The notes under the pieces: model-generated
What the model saw: the letters and a program-made list of their open reading frames with translations, nothing else
Database searches by the model: none
What the model was told of the DNA's origin: nothing
Origin: Methanobacteriota archaeon
GTDB lineage: Archaea; Thermoplasmatota; E2; DHVEG-1
Direction of reading: 5' to 3'
Assembly (NCBI GenBank): GCA_043806635.1
Contig: JAZDGT010000002.1
Location: 41,974-105,973 of the forward strand
DNA: 64,000 nucleotides
Made by a program: the position numbers and the translations under genes
In this document: positions 9,201 through 21,100 of the stretch, piece by piece
How positions within the stretch are numbered: the stretch's first letter is position 1
How the letters are laid out: the number at the start of each line of letters is the position of its first letter

Positions 9201-9672
9201 AGTAAGTGGCTGCCCATGCGGCACACGACCCTTGTCCGCCCTGGTTACCTATTATTGGAAAACATGAATCAGCGGAGAGGTCGACGACAGACCGCAGTGG
9301 ATTTGGTGGAGGAAGCTCATCAACGATAATAAGAGACCCAACCATCTCGATATAGTCTGCTTCACTCGGTGGTGCGTACCCTGTTCCATGACCATCGTAG
9401 ATGATGTTATAGTTTTTTGCTGGGTCGTAAACCCCAGCCTGTTGTTTCAATGCTTCGATGTCTTCTTTTGTCGCAAGATGGGTGACTATACCGGTAAGAC
9501 TGTCATTTGTTTTTTGTTCGGCATAAGGTGTAGTTTCTTGTTTCATTGGTTGAGCAAAGGCTCCTAAGATGCAGGGTGCAATGCTTGTTCCAATGAACAG
9601 TAGGATGATTCCTAGAACTAGAAAATATTTTAACACATTGTTTTGCATGGTTTCGTATTCCTCCCTATTCAT
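4990..9672 (-). CDS. Giant secreted protein (1560 aa). Order: signal anchor, papain-like C1 cysteine peptidase, several Ig/beta-sandwich domains, DUF2341-like plus LamG (concanavalin-like) domains, then the shared C-terminal module.
   Basis: C1 triad motifs NQGGQGSCAAWA (Cys150), SINHANTVVGYDD (His295) and VANSWGYWG (Asn321). DUF2341-like WEYSKRITIDHTKVQADFTDFPVVI...ILYLYYGN. LamG-like VDFDGSNDYVQTS...ASAWVYVDG. C-terminal 416 aa homologous to the other modules. Confidence 0.85.
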   Translation of the reverse strand: MNREEYETMQNNVLKYFLVLGIILLFIGTSIAPCILGAFAQPMKQETTPYAEQKTNDSLTGIVTHLATKEDIEALKQQAGVYDPAKNYNIIYDGHGTGYAPPSEADYIEMVGSLIIVDELPPPNPLRSVVDLSADSCFPIIGNQGGQGSCAAWAATYYATGYVISKNYDWTQAHSGNSNQLLSPAWTYNKCNYGYDSGSVTWENMRVSQRVGTARLSTMPYNDGDPVGWGNENAWRDAPPYRVNQIYQVTKSLSVLKATLDAGYPITFALDADSYGYFGSDNVLGLNAMRYSINHANTVVGYDDTKVDAETGETGAFKVANSWGYWGPTGTGYYWMTYAALQGSWNTQPMNYVTALYTPGTHPTILGRWSLNPRPNRDASVTLGIGPHGAPLETRQPWWNGYSGSMHTYPSFMCLDISEFFNEWISGGDSFYLEIGDAAQDGTITSFKVEYYETIYTPGSPTRTSPESPDTPKNTPGYVTVQFGFIDYFKPQWQNQGQNRTTIQRGEPILLTSQGKDGISLNKAFLATNETGVWQNITSGMYGSPISYGGIQDQWVWSNFSWHTWAVPQGRRVGWRIYYNDTSGNWNRTNIMSFYVLRNPIIYDYTSLIASTGSSFTFNASVYDDDGIAAVYVDYWYEGGVHTNVSMMLTGGYYQRTITAAADKTLLYYIIHAKDNLNLWGHTAEKIVTIIDTLDPEIRNQGQSSSAIPPGGSVTLSAQSRDNIGLDFAYLSTNETGEWVDYATLNWWNFNWEYSKRITIDHTKVQADFTDFPVVITCTSSDFTNHAQPDGDDFVFVSQDNSTQYAHEIEYYYSPTGELTAWVKIPFLSSTTDTILYLYYGNPSCNNQEYVEETWSNGFIMVQHMSGASYTELDDSTANHWDITSSGGGPLFNQQGKIGKCVDFDGSNDYVQTSGFRIPADAAYTASAWVYVDGNNGQRRYLFEGDGDYSISLHVWTNESFKARTHTSTDIPVCYSDTHISTSNPQWYYTSTRLNPTTDLLEVMVNGLTEAGIYFTGTINPETIGLNIGTNMDNNAYWMNGKIDEIRIANVIRSDAWTRTEYIMMSQPSSFAIIGEETEGISAYGSPLNLNTEPGVWAWANFTWQNPGIPEGTRVGWKITFGDTSYNIVSTDIMSFMIGEMSLFEVRGYCTYPDMSPANIITVDISNLNTGGQWQADTNNNYYTQFLVPGDEIHAGDTLRIIARDNDNSVNVTNRLITTSDIAAGYVQLDLTLKVHYRDLKQFPFYLSQVNSGAMVMKQMLDYCMWNDTLFPEPQSVYNEQTLYNTYAGGNQMNVSELSGGLNAEIDDHGHGWIYGYFFAPSGHDLAVDALKSAVIWLDYNISGSNEHRLVDVPKEGHPYHVPIAVPTGGSYDHWMVIRGIHTNRSMWDTNVPGDHELINGPVTIYGFWVNDPVSGGVGNNVYVTYQYFNSTYFQKLNVPGDYYNNKFVVITDPPRDAPAVNTNSISLKVGTQSGFTLTEIKTLKTNVGSFVLGQQAIDFVNSVLSNDLTYGSLISGLRTVGKPMRTGNGYIITVGNTNMDITVKLGVDGAGQQFSVHLK

Positions 9673-9829
9673 ATGTTTTGTTTCATTATGGGGTGTTAAT
9701 ATTAATATACATTATCTTAATATTTAAATTCTTCTTCTTTATGACAATATGCTCAAATAGAATTTTATTAACAAGACGATTACCCGATATGTCTGTATCA
9801 ACGAAACAGATAAAAAATAAAAAAAGAGT

Positions 9830-11110
9830 TTATTGATTTTTTTCACTAGTTTTTTCTGAGCTTTTAATAACGATTTGGGCAAGAGCACCAGTTTTTGTAT
9901 AGAGTTGCACTTCAAAGACCAATCCAGCGGTGTCAAAGAAGACCGTACAGGTATCATCTTTATTATAGACTGGTTTTCGTATGACTCGTGTGTTTTCAAA
10001 GCAAGGACTATACACAGAATCATATTGGAGTACGGTTTTCGCGGCTTTTGCTGCGGCATGGATGACAAGGTTATCAATTGGTTTTGTAGTAGTTGTTTTA
10101 CTTCTTTCAGCAACAAGTTTCATTTCAGTTTTGGTGAATCCCGTCGCAGGTTCAGCGATCGTAACAGTGACTTGATCAGTATACACTAGTATATCTCGTG
10201 AGGGGTCAGTTATAGCGAGGCGTTTCCCGTTGTAGAGATCCCCGGGTACGGTGAGGTTGAGGAAGTAGGTGCTGAGGAATCGTTGCGTGGTGACGTACGT
10301 GTTTGCTCCTAACCCTCCTGCTTTTGGATCATTAAGCCAGAACCCGTACACATTAAGTTGCGTTGGTGGCAGCCACGCGTTCCGATCAGTATGGATGCCT
10401 CGGATCGTCATCCAGTTGTTGTAATTTCCACCTGTAGGGATGGCGATGGGGACATGGTTCGGATGACCGGGTTTGGGAACATCGACATCTCGGATGTTGT
10501 TGTAGTAGTTGACGGGGTAGTCGAGCCAGATGCAGATCTGTTTCAGGACATCGTTCGCGTTGGTGCTAGCATACGGTGAGAAAAAGTACCCGTAAATCCA
10601 CCCATGTCCATAGTCGTCAATTTCGTTATTCAATCCTGAGGTGAGTTCACTTCCATTAATAATGTTATCAGTTCCTTTATAGGTGTTGTAGAGGGTTTGT
10701 TCGTTGTAGACATCGGGTGGCCCTTCAGGGTTCATTGTCTGATTCCACATGAGGTAGTCCATCATCATTTTCATCGTCATCGCACCTGTATCTATTTGAG
10801 AGAGGTAAAAGGGGAAGTCTTTCAAGTCCCTATAGTGGATATCTAAAATAAGATCACGAATGATGGTTCCATTATTGATATCATCAGTGGTGACTTGATA
10901 ATCGTACACCTTGACTGATTCATGAGTATCTCGTCCGATAAATCGAAGCATATCACCAACATTAAAATCACTCCCAGGATACAATTGAAGGGAGTATATG
11001 TTATCAAACGCGTGTGCACACCATTTCATACCTGTGTTAAGATTACTGATTTCTACTGTGATGTTGAATACTGGGCTTTGATTCTGATAATATACTGATC
11101 CAGTGAGTAT
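9830..11110 (-). other. Shared C-terminal module, copy 3 (last 426 aa).
   Basis: ILTGSVYYQNQSPVFNITV, HYRDLKDFPFYLSQIDTGAMTMKMMMDYLMWN, GHPNHVPIAIP, NNWMTIRGIHTDR, YGFWLNDP, KRLAITDPS. Confidence 0.85.
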
Positions 11111-13756
11111 GTATCTCCACCCAGTCGGTTTCATAAACGGGTACGTATCCTGGTTACTCTGGGGTGGAATAAGGTATGGTATGTCACCGATGCCATCAGG
11201 TCCAGGTATATCCTGATTTGGACCATGATTATTATCTACTCCAGAGTAATCGTCCCAATAGTTACCACCTGAAGGGTACCCATTATCCCAAGTATTGGTG
11301 GTATCATATTCATTCACCTGTTGCATATTATTCATGAAATTATTATGATAAAAATAATTATCTTCGCAAGTCATGGTGGTCAGCCCATAGCTACTGCTAT
11401 TTGAAATCGTGTTATCCAAAAGAAGGTTGTAGCTTGAATACCCAAAATGTAATCCAATTTCTTGATGATCAATGAGATTACCAATAATCTGATTCTCACT
11501 TGAAAGCCACAGTTCAATACCATCAGTGTTTTCTTGGATACTATTACCGGTTATGACGGTATTATCGCATACATACAATGAGATACCAATACCAGAGGTA
11601 AGCGGAAAACGGATTGTATTATTGGTTATCGTGTTTTGAGTACTATACCCAAGGGAAACACCAGTTTCTAGGTACTGATCGATCGTGTTGTTTGAAAACA
11701 AATTATTGAATGATTGATCAGCAAGGATTCCTATTAGGTTTTGTGACAGCATATTATAATTTATTATGTTCTGTGATGACCCTGTTTGCAGGACAATGCC
11801 AGTACCTTCGTTTTCATAAATGTCGTTTTCAACTAACGTGTTTCGATGCGCATCATAGAGGAACACCCCGTTCCCAGGATTGAGGATGATTTGATTGTTA
11901 CTGATGATGTTGTCTGATGAGGACCGTACCATAATCGCATCATGAACATTATCAGTGAATATGTTGTCTATAATAGTGTTGTTGTTTGCGTTGGAGAGTA
12001 TCGTGCCTTCCCCAGGATTATTCTGTATCGTGTTGTTTGAAATAGAATTATTATTGGAGTGGATATCAAGGCCTGCGTCTTCCCAACCAACTCCACAATT
12101 CTGCAGAGTAAAACCACTGATATTTACCTTGTTAGCTAGTACGAGGAGGGTATCGTCTCGTGCGTGGCCGTCTATGATGGTTGTTTCTCTTTGTTCTCCA
12201 AGTAGATTAATGGTTTTGTTTACGATCACGTTTTCAGTATACATCCCATTGTAGACGTGTACGGTTCCTCGTTCTATGACGGCATCAACACCATCCTGTA
12301 TCGTATTGAAATGATCAAACTGCCAGCCTGGTGTAGACGGATCATAATTATCATCGACATACACAACCGGTGGTTCAATCAGATAATGAAAATTCCCGCT
12401 ATGATGGATGTCATGACGGAACATTGGCCACCCTGGTTCGGTGCCGTCTCCTGCGGACAGCAGGTACGCCCGTCCATGGTTATTGGTTGGTGGTGAGGAG
12501 ATCCCGTATCCTCCGATAATAAAAATATCGAGTTTTCCGTCGTTGTTGAAATCAGCGATGATGGGTGCATGGTCGATTTCAAAGGTTCTGCCGTAATGTG
12601 CTTGGATGTTGTATGTCCATACGACACCGCCATTATCACCTCGGAGTACACGAAGGATTCCATCATCTGCACCGAACGCGACATCGAGAATATGATTTCC
12701 ATCAACATCAGCAATAGCTATCCCACGGAAGTTTCCTCCTCCCGCAGAATAACTCCATTGTTGACCCCCTGTGTGAGACAGGACTCCTATTTTTGTGTAG
12801 GCTGCATAGACGATTTCCAGATGGTTATCATTATCAAGATCAGCAATACTGGTTGGTGCACCAACGTAATAGGTGGTCGGATAATTCCAGAGTGGTCCAC
12901 CGTTTTCAGCATTAAACACGTACACATGATTATCATAGCAGCCGATTGCTAACTCTGGTTTTCCATCTTCATCAATATCAGCAAATGAGCACCCATGGTA
13001 CATGTAATCATTCGGTTGATCCGTAAACCATTTGGTTGCACCCGTTGACCCATTCAATGCGTATACACGACAAGTTCCTGCCCATTGGGAGACCACCACA
13101 TCAAGTTGACCATCAAGATCAACATCAAGGATGTTTGGCTCAGATTGAATATAGCTGTTTGTGCCAAGGTTAATCCTCCATTGAACGGATCCGTTCTCCC
13201 CATTCAAACAATACACATACCCATAGAATGCTCCAAAGATGATTTCTGGTTTCCCGTCGTTATCAACATCAGCAACCGCAGGAGGAGAATCAATAGAGTT
13301 AGGAGATGTAGAGCGCGACCATTCAACTGCTCCCGTAGAGCCGTTAAAACAATACACTCGACATGGTGAAGACGCAGGAACCACGACTTCTAAATCACCA
13401 TCTAAATCTACATCAGCAATCACTGGTGATGCATCATTACACCCACCAGTATCATACTTCCACAGCAACGTCCCATTTTCTGCGTTTAATGCATAAATAT
13501 TTTCATCGTTGAAATACGTACCAAACACAATCTCTAGATTCCCATCATGGTCAATGTCCGCGGTTGCTGCAGAACCAAACGATGGCGCAGAGAGATTATA
13601 ATACCAGAGAACCTGAGGAACCAAAGGTTCTCTCTGCATGTCATTTATTTTATCTATACTTGCTGATTGTGAATATAGTAATCCATTTGCTAATGGCGGT
13701 ATAGTTCCAATCAACAACAGAACAACAATAAAACTAAACAATTTTTTTTCTATCAT
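9830..13756 (-). CDS. Giant secreted protein (1308 aa). Order: signal peptide, FG-GAP/PQQ-like Ca-loop beta-propeller, right-handed parallel beta-helix (NosD/PbH1-like repeats), then the shared C-terminal module.
   Basis: Eight loops of the type ADIDHDGNLEIV, ADVDLDGDLEVV, ADVDNDGKPEII and ADFNNDGKLDIF, alternating with Y.LNG..G...W strands. A long series of roughly 22-aa repeats (N.I.NN.I..N..GI.L) typical of beta-helices. C-terminal 426 aa homologous to the other modules. Confidence 0.85.
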   Translation of the reverse strand: MIEKKLFSFIVVLLLIGTIPPLANGLLYSQSASIDKINDMQREPLVPQVLWYYNLSAPSFGSAATADIDHDGNLEIVFGTYFNDENIYALNAENGTLLWKYDTGGCNDASPVIADVDLDGDLEVVVPASSPCRVYCFNGSTGAVEWSRSTSPNSIDSPPAVADVDNDGKPEIIFGAFYGYVYCLNGENGSVQWRINLGTNSYIQSEPNILDVDLDGQLDVVVSQWAGTCRVYALNGSTGATKWFTDQPNDYMYHGCSFADIDEDGKPELAIGCYDNHVYVFNAENGGPLWNYPTTYYVGAPTSIADLDNDNHLEIVYAAYTKIGVLSHTGGQQWSYSAGGGNFRGIAIADVDGNHILDVAFGADDGILRVLRGDNGGVVWTYNIQAHYGRTFEIDHAPIIADFNNDGKLDIFIIGGYGISSPPTNNHGRAYLLSAGDGTEPGWPMFRHDIHHSGNFHYLIEPPVVYVDDNYDPSTPGWQFDHFNTIQDGVDAVIERGTVHVYNGMYTENVIVNKTINLLGEQRETTIIDGHARDDTLLVLANKVNISGFTLQNCGVGWEDAGLDIHSNNNSISNNTIQNNPGEGTILSNANNNTIIDNIFTDNVHDAIMVRSSSDNIISNNQIILNPGNGVFLYDAHRNTLVENDIYENEGTGIVLQTGSSQNIINYNMLSQNLIGILADQSFNNLFSNNTIDQYLETGVSLGYSTQNTITNNTIRFPLTSGIGISLYVCDNTVITGNSIQENTDGIELWLSSENQIIGNLIDHQEIGLHFGYSSYNLLLDNTISNSSSYGLTTMTCEDNYFYHNNFMNNMQQVNEYDTTNTWDNGYPSGGNYWDDYSGVDNNHGPNQDIPGPDGIGDIPYLIPPQSNQDTYPFMKPTGWRYILTGSVYYQNQSPVFNITVEISNLNTGMKWCAHAFDNIYSLQLYPGSDFNVGDMLRFIGRDTHESVKVYDYQVTTDDINNGTIIRDLILDIHYRDLKDFPFYLSQIDTGAMTMKMMMDYLMWNQTMNPEGPPDVYNEQTLYNTYKGTDNIINGSELTSGLNNEIDDYGHGWIYGYFFSPYASTNANDVLKQICIWLDYPVNYYNNIRDVDVPKPGHPNHVPIAIPTGGNYNNWMTIRGIHTDRNAWLPPTQLNVYGFWLNDPKAGGLGANTYVTTQRFLSTYFLNLTVPGDLYNGKRLAITDPSRDILVYTDQVTVTIAEPATGFTKTEMKLVAERSKTTTTKPIDNLVIHAAAKAAKTVLQYDSVYSPCFENTRVIRKPVYNKDDTCTVFFDTAGLVFEVQLYTKTGALAQIVIKSSEKTSEKNQ

Positions 13757-13861
13757 ATAGCCTCCAACTCCCGTATTGGTATTTACATTTCAATATATAA
13801 AACATACTTCATAATAATAGGTTAAAATAATATAAAATAAGAAAAAAAGGAGAGATATGTT

Positions 13862-15145
13862 TTACTGCACGGATACCTGTTGGGTCGATATCTGTATTTC
13901 TAAAAGGGATCCATCGAGTGTATTGATGAGTATTTTAAAGGTGGTACCTTGGTGAGCAAAGTTGACTAAGCAGGTGGCTTTCTCATATCGTGGTCTTGCG
14001 GTTGGTTGTGCTGACGTAAAAAGATCCGCATACACAGGATCGTTTTTAAGGACATCACTTGCTGCCTCATACGCAGCGCGAATAACAATGTTATCAGTGA
14101 TGATATTGGTTAGTTTTCCTTTCACTAGTCGATTGACAAGTCGTGCCTCGTTTGCTGAGAACTTAACAGGTGATTCAACGAAATTTACAGCTGTATCAGC
14201 AACAGGAGAAGCAATATCTCGTGGCGGATCGGTTATCGCTAGGTATGTCCCATTGTAGGTATCATTCAGAATAGTGATGGGTTTGTAGTAGACGTCGAGG
14301 AATCGTTGTACAGTCACATAGGTATTACTGCCGACTCCGTTTGGTTTGGGGTCGTTGAGCCAGAACCCGTACACATTGAGTTGTTCAGGGGGTAGCCACG
14401 CGTTCTGATCCGTATGTATCCCACGGATTACCGCCCAGTTGTTATAGGCTCCATATAAGGGTATCGCGACGGGCACGTGGTTCGGGTGACCGAGTTTAGG
14501 GACATCGACATCACGAAGGTAGTTGTAGTAGTTAACAGGGTAATCCAACCAGTAACAGATATGTTTTAACGCAGGGGTGGGACTCGCGTTGTGATAGGGT
14601 GCGAAGAAGTATCCGTATTGCCATGGTGGTGTTTGGTTGCGATCGTCAATGAGTCTGTTGAGTCCGCTGCAGAGTTCGTCTCCATCGAGGTATGTTCCTC
14701 CATGAATGTTAAGTGAAATAAATAATTCGTGTTGATCAGGGTACGTCAGGGGTGGCTCTGAATATTGGGTGTTGTTCCACATGAGGTAGTTCAGCATCAT
14801 CTGTGCAACGGTCGCACCGGTATCAACTTGGGATACATAGAATGGGAAACTCTTGAGATCACGGTAATGTACAGTGAGAATAGGATCAAGGGTGATACTT
14901 CCCGTGCTGATATCAGAACTGGTAACGATGTGATCAGTGATGTTCACGGACTCATTTTCGTCTCGAGCGATAAATCGGAGGATCTCTCCTTGGTGGACAT
15001 CAACACTATTAATGATAGCTGTAGAATAGTAATTAGTCTCTGTCTCTGCCTGCCAGGTCTCTGTCGTATTCAAATTACGGATCTCCACGGTGAGGTTATT
15101 CACCGGTTGCATACCCGGGTAGTAACAATGTCCTTGAATGGTTAA
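13862..15145 (-). other. Shared C-terminal module, copy 4 (last 427 aa).
   Basis: LTIQGHCYYPGMQPVNNLTV, HYRDLKSFPFYVSQVDTGATVAQMMLNYLMWN, GHPNHVPVAIP, NNWAVIRGIHTDQ, YGFWLNDP, TYLAITDPP. Confidence 0.85.
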
Positions 15146-18100
15146 TAAGGGGAGTGATGTGGTGATTTTTACTTCATCGATAACACCGAGGAACGGGAGG
15201 TAACCGCCCCAGCCGCTGAGTCGTTTACCGATACCTAGGTTTTGGGTTGTCGCCGCTGGTGCATACGACCACGGTGTTTGTCCTTGTGGTTGTCCATCGA
15301 CATAGATTTTTATGGCACTTCCATCCCAGGTTCCGATAACGTGATGGCATATGTTATCTCGAAGATCAGTCGTTCCCATGACGTCTTGGTTCCCATGAGA
15401 ACCGCTGTAGAGGGAGAAACGGAGTCTCCCGTTGGTGAGATACAGGGTGAATCCTCTGGAATCAGAACCGCTAATATATTGATACTTATCCGCAATCGTG
15501 AGGTAGTTATCTGATCCGGTGGCTTTGATGTATGCTTCGACGGTGAATGGGCTGGTGATTGCTAAACTAGTTGAATGTGGGACGGTGACACAGTCGCCGT
15601 CGTACCATTGTCCGCCACCGTGGAAGTAGAGTGCGTTTCCTTGGCAGCCGGTGGTCCAGGTTGCTCCTGTGATGGTGCCATCGTTATGATTTGGTGAGGA
15701 ATCATGAGCAATCGTTCCTGATCCTTCTTCGAACCGCCAATACCCTGCGACGGCTCCAGTAGTAATGGTTTCTGTGGTGAAATGCCAAATCGAGCTTGCG
15801 GTAGAATACCCGTAGGAATCATAAGCCATTATCATCCAGTAGTAGGTGGTGTTATCATGAAGCGTACCAGGGTTATAGGTTGTTGTGGTTTGTCCTTGTG
15901 AAACAATAGTGAAAAGAGTAGGATCGTATCCCCAATACACATCATAGGTGAGGGTATCCTCAGGATCGGGGTCACTACAGCTCCAACTCAGGTGAGAATA
16001 AATCGAGACGTTCAGAGCATCATTACTCGGTGTGGGTGATTGAGGAGTGGTAGGTGCGAGGTTGGATTTCGTGGTAAACGACCAGATTGGCCCAAGTGTT
16101 GAGAGACCAGCGTTATCCCAGGAGATAATCTGCCAATAATATGTGGTATCGTACGCGAGATCGGGAAGATTATAAGCAGTTGAGGATTGATGATCGGAGA
16201 TTAATGATGGGTTTGCTGTCTCTCCAAAGTAAACATCATAGGCAACGGTTTCACCAGCGTCAGGGTCGCCACCCGTCCAGCTGAGATCACTGGTGAGGAT
16301 GACCGTTGTTGCCTCATGTGCTGGTGATGGATTAGAGGGTTGATAGGGTGGACTATATACGTAGTGTACGGGGAGGGCATAGGTTGCACCGATATCGTCG
16401 CTGATGACGACATCTTGGTATCCATCGCGATTGTTATCTGTAATTGAGACGCCTCGTGGGTTTCCTATTCCCATGAATTCTTTGAGTAGCTCATGATTCT
16501 GATTGAAGATGGTGACTCCACCAGTTTGGACGATCGCAAGATCATTTTGACCATTTGTGTCGTAATCACCGATAGAAATCCCCTGTGGATTGGCGAGTCC
16601 ATAAAATTCATCGATGAGTTGTCCGTTGGTTCGGTAGATATAGACGACCCCCGTCTCAGAGGATATTGCAACATCGTTCAGCAGGTCGTTGTTGTAGTCG
16701 CCGATAGAGACGTCACGTGGGTTTGGAACGTTGTATTCTCGTAGGATTTGCCCATAGCGATTATAGACGCGGACCCCTGCCGGATTAATAAGTGCGATAT
16801 CCTGGGATCCATCGTTGCCGAAATCTCCGACTGCGGAACCGAGCGGCTCAACAAGTTTCGTCAGCATCGTCTCGTATCCAACGTCACAATAGTCCAGTAT
16901 ACTCTTATACGGTAAGGGAGCCGCTAAACAGTTCTCGTAGGTATCACCGATGAACGGGTTGTAGGTTTGTGTGGCATTGGTTCCATTCCGATGATCAATG
17001 AAACCGAAGAAAATAATCACGGGTCCATCCTCGGTTGCGACTGCAAGATCGTTGTATCCATCGCGGCTGAAATCCTTAATCGTTACACCCTCAGGACCAT
17101 CCAACCCGGTGAACCGGGTGATAATATCACCGGTGTTAGAATAAACAGTGACACTTCCTCGTGTGTATTCAGCAACAACGAGATCGTTATCGCCATCATT
17201 GTTGAAATCACCGATAGAGACACCCAAAGGACCACTCAGGTTCGTGAGTTGCAAAATGATCCCTCGGGATTGATCATGGACGGTTACCAGTCCACGTTCA
17301 TATTCTGAGATAACGACATCATTGAATTCATCATTATCAAGAGTACCAATGGCTAAACCACGGGCTCCTGCCAACCCGGTGTATTCAGATATGAGCCCAC
17401 CAAAACGATCGTAGATACGAACACTCGCATTGAAATCTTCAATGAGTCCAACATCTAAGTGAGTATCATCGTCGTAGTCATCAATCGAAACACCCATGAC
17501 TTGACGTAACCCGAACAGGCTGTCTTCGATGTCCCCAAGGCCATTTTGCACAACCATACTACCAATATTCGTATTGAGGAGTTCTTTGAACCTGGAATTA
17601 TCCAGTTTTTGACTTAAAATAGTTCGTCCCTCATTGTTACCGAAAAATAATCCTATATCATTCTGTATAAAATGGGATATTCCTCCGGGGTTCTCTTCAC
17701 CACCACCAGGGGAACCTGGAATAAGGTTCGCGTAAATAGGTGTTCCCCAGTTTAAAGGACCGCCAGAGAATTGCCGTGCGAGTCCGCAGTAGTTCCCACC
17801 GATCACCCGGAACGCAGCAGGTGGATTTTGGTACGCCTGTGGAAGGAACAAGCTGATACTTGTTGCTGGTCCACTGTATTCTTGACCACCAGGTTTTGCA
17901 GGATCTGATGGAAAAATCCATTGTCCACCGACATATTCACCTTTTTGGAGAATATAAAACGTTGCCCCAGGTACCGATGTCCAGCTTATCGTGAATTGCT
18001 GCTGAGACAAAATATTCGATCCATTAATCGGTGCCGTGATTATGGGTGTCCCTACAGGTGGACTCATGCCAAGCAGGGTACAATCTGGGACAAGGACTTG

Positions 18101-21100
18101 CATGTCAACGTTGCTGCTCCAGGGGGAAAAACCATGACCATCTATGGCTCGAAGTCGGTAATAGTAGGTGGTTGAACTCGTGGGTGTGTGTATGATTTTT
18201 CCGATTGCTTGGGAGAAATTCGTGTAATCACCTGAGAACGAAGAAAAATGTTGTACGTTTGTGAGGAACGAAGGATCAATGCTTTCTTCTACCTGAAATT
18301 GCACGTTATCCATGGACTCCCAGCCTACATCATATGCTTGGTATGCAGCGCGGACGTACCCTGGATCATGGATGATGGGTGTGGCTGGAGCTTTGCTGCC
18401 GATAACATCAACTGCGATTACGTTACTATATGCTCCTTCAGGGCCGACACCGATTCCTTTCACTTTATAATAGTAGGTGGTGGAGTTGTCTTGTGTATAA
18501 TTAAATGTTTTTTTCATGGGTGGGAGGAGGTGAAGACCGCCGAGGAGGTACTCTTGTGATTCAGCGAATGTTTCGCTCTTGGATTCTTTTATTTTATAGA
18601 TGCATTCCGCGTCAACCCGCGTCCATTGAATCGTATATGGTTGCCCTGAGTACACCAAGGTCTTGTCTGTGGAGAGCACAGGGGTTCCGGGGGTGGTCCC
18701 TTGAGGGACAACAGTTTTTTGGATGGTGTTACTCCAGGGTCCTCGTCCGCCGATGTTTTCCGCGCACATCCGGTAAATGTATGTGCCGGTTTCACTGTTT
18801 GTGTGTTTAAACGAGAAGTATGTGGTGTTATCTGTTTCTTTCTCAGTTGGGGAACCGAAATAGGGGTCAGTGTCTTCTTGAATAACGTAGTGATCAGCAT
18901 CACTGACGTTGTTTATGAACTCGATACGATAGGAGATGTTCGAGGCAACCGTATTTATAGATTCAAGGAGAACGGTGGTGTTCTGTGGCGCGCGGACGAT
19001 AACGATGCCGTCGAAGTTACTGGAGCTCCCCTCATGTCCCCATTGATCAATTCGGGTGATATTGTAATCGTAGACCGTATGTTCTGAGACGGTGTGTGTC
19101 ATGTTCACTTTACAGATATTTACGCCCCATTCTGATGAGTATGTCGCGTTTTGTGGTCCATCATAGTGAATGGTTCGAATCGGTTTTCGTTCTAACCGGT
19201 AGGTATCCCCTGCGGTGAGGTTCACCCATTGATATTCGGTGAGATTATACCCATATACTACGCCGTCTCCGCGTTCCCAGACAACACCGTAAACGTCTCC
19301 AGATCCGATGCGGTCTCTGTTCACATCAAGTTTAAGAGCATCGAGTGGTGGCGCTGAGATTATCGTTTGGACGATATTACTTGCAGAACTTGCTTGATCA
19401 AGTTTATCATATGCAGTGACACGATACTGGAGCGTATCCCCAACAAAACTATCGTTTTTTATGAATGCTCTAAACGTGTAACTCCCCTGTGCTGCGTGTG
19501 TGTACCAATTATTTGTCCCATGTTTTTCTTCAACAACATAGTAATACCCGCGGTCCACTGGTTCCCAATCAATGAAAAAGATTTCACTAAAATTCGGAGA
19601 GGTATCGGAGATCCGCACGGAGGGGGCGCTAGGTGGCTCAAGGACTTCTAACACATAGGAGTCGTTATCTATACCACCGTTTCCATCAATTAATTTACAG
19701 AGAATCAGGTACTTCCCCGGTGACAGGATTTTATTGAAACTGTAATCAAGACTATTTGTTTGACCAGAGGTTTGAAACAAGGTTTTACTGGTAATATCAC
19801 CGTGTTTATCCTTGGTGATATTATACCATTCATACGTGTATGGTGGATCCCCCTTGATGACTTCCGCGCTAAAATGGATGGATGATCCTTTTCGATAGGG
19901 ACCAGGATCATTATAGTTAATATTAACAATTGGGAGTTCCTCTGGTTCAAAATAAATTACTGCACTATGCATCCAGATTCCTCTCTCATGATTGTTCTCT
20001 CGATCATTCCAGATATCAAGGAACGGTTCACCGCTGTACATGAAATTCACGTACCCAGCGGCTGCACCACCAGCTTTCACAGAGGAAGACGCAGCAATCC
20101 AGATATAATTCTCTGAGTTCTTACTGAGAGAAACATCACGAAATTGGAGTTCTTTATGACCTTTTGTTCGTTCATCAATAAGCGCCATATCAATGGAGAA
20201 ATCAAGGATACTCAATAAGGCGCCGATACCAACAGTCCCCAATACACGCGCACCACCGGCTCCTGCTTGGGTTGCAATACGTGCTAAATAAACATCTGCA
20301 ATTTCTGTGGCTAACGTCTCCATCCCATTAAATGTGAAATCAAAAAGAAGATCCGAACCACCTTTATCCAATACTTGGGATTTTACTTTTTCACCAGGCG
20401 GATAATTGGTACAAACTCCTGCGCTTACCTGATATCCCCATTCAGCACACCCGACAGGATACACTTTGTTGGTATCAGTGGTCCCTTGCCATGTAACAAC
20501 AAAGGCGACATCTGCTTTTCTCTTCTCTGAAATAGATCCAGGAATACCAAATCCCTTATAGTTAAAAATCGTCAGACTTGAATAGGCTCTCCGCCAGTTC
20601 GTCACAAACGTAGTCCAATCATCAGGATCAGGAATGAAGGAATAATGGTACCCATGAGCAAACACCCACGATTGAACTAATGTACCAAACGCGTTCTCAT
20701 CCTGATAAACCATCCCGTTATAACCTGTATAATAATCACCAGCATACGCAGTAACCCGTGCGTCATCATCAGAAGTACTAATATCGATATACGACCCCTC
20801 ACGCATAAGGGGATAACATCCGTAGGAGTTTAGTGTGATATCAAGTTGGTGAAAATCATACGGAAGAGAGGAGAGGAAAATGCTATCATGGACGACACCA
20901 ACGTCCTGTTGATTTTTCTTTCCACAGATATATGGTTCATGGATACTTGACATTGAGGGATGGTGCCCATGAAGCATAAAGGTGATGTTATCATTGAGAT
21001 TAACGGATGAGGGATCACCCAGGTCCGTAATGAGATGACTAGTGACCATAGAACCGTAGGTGTCTTCAAGATCGATGTGGTAAATTGCTTGATTTTCATT

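Noticed and set aside
9739-10116. 125-aa minus-strand ORF overlapping the 3' end of the 1308-aa gene.
   Set aside because: It lies in another frame of the conserved C-terminal module and extends into the AT-rich intergenic region. The conserved-module frame is clearly the real one.
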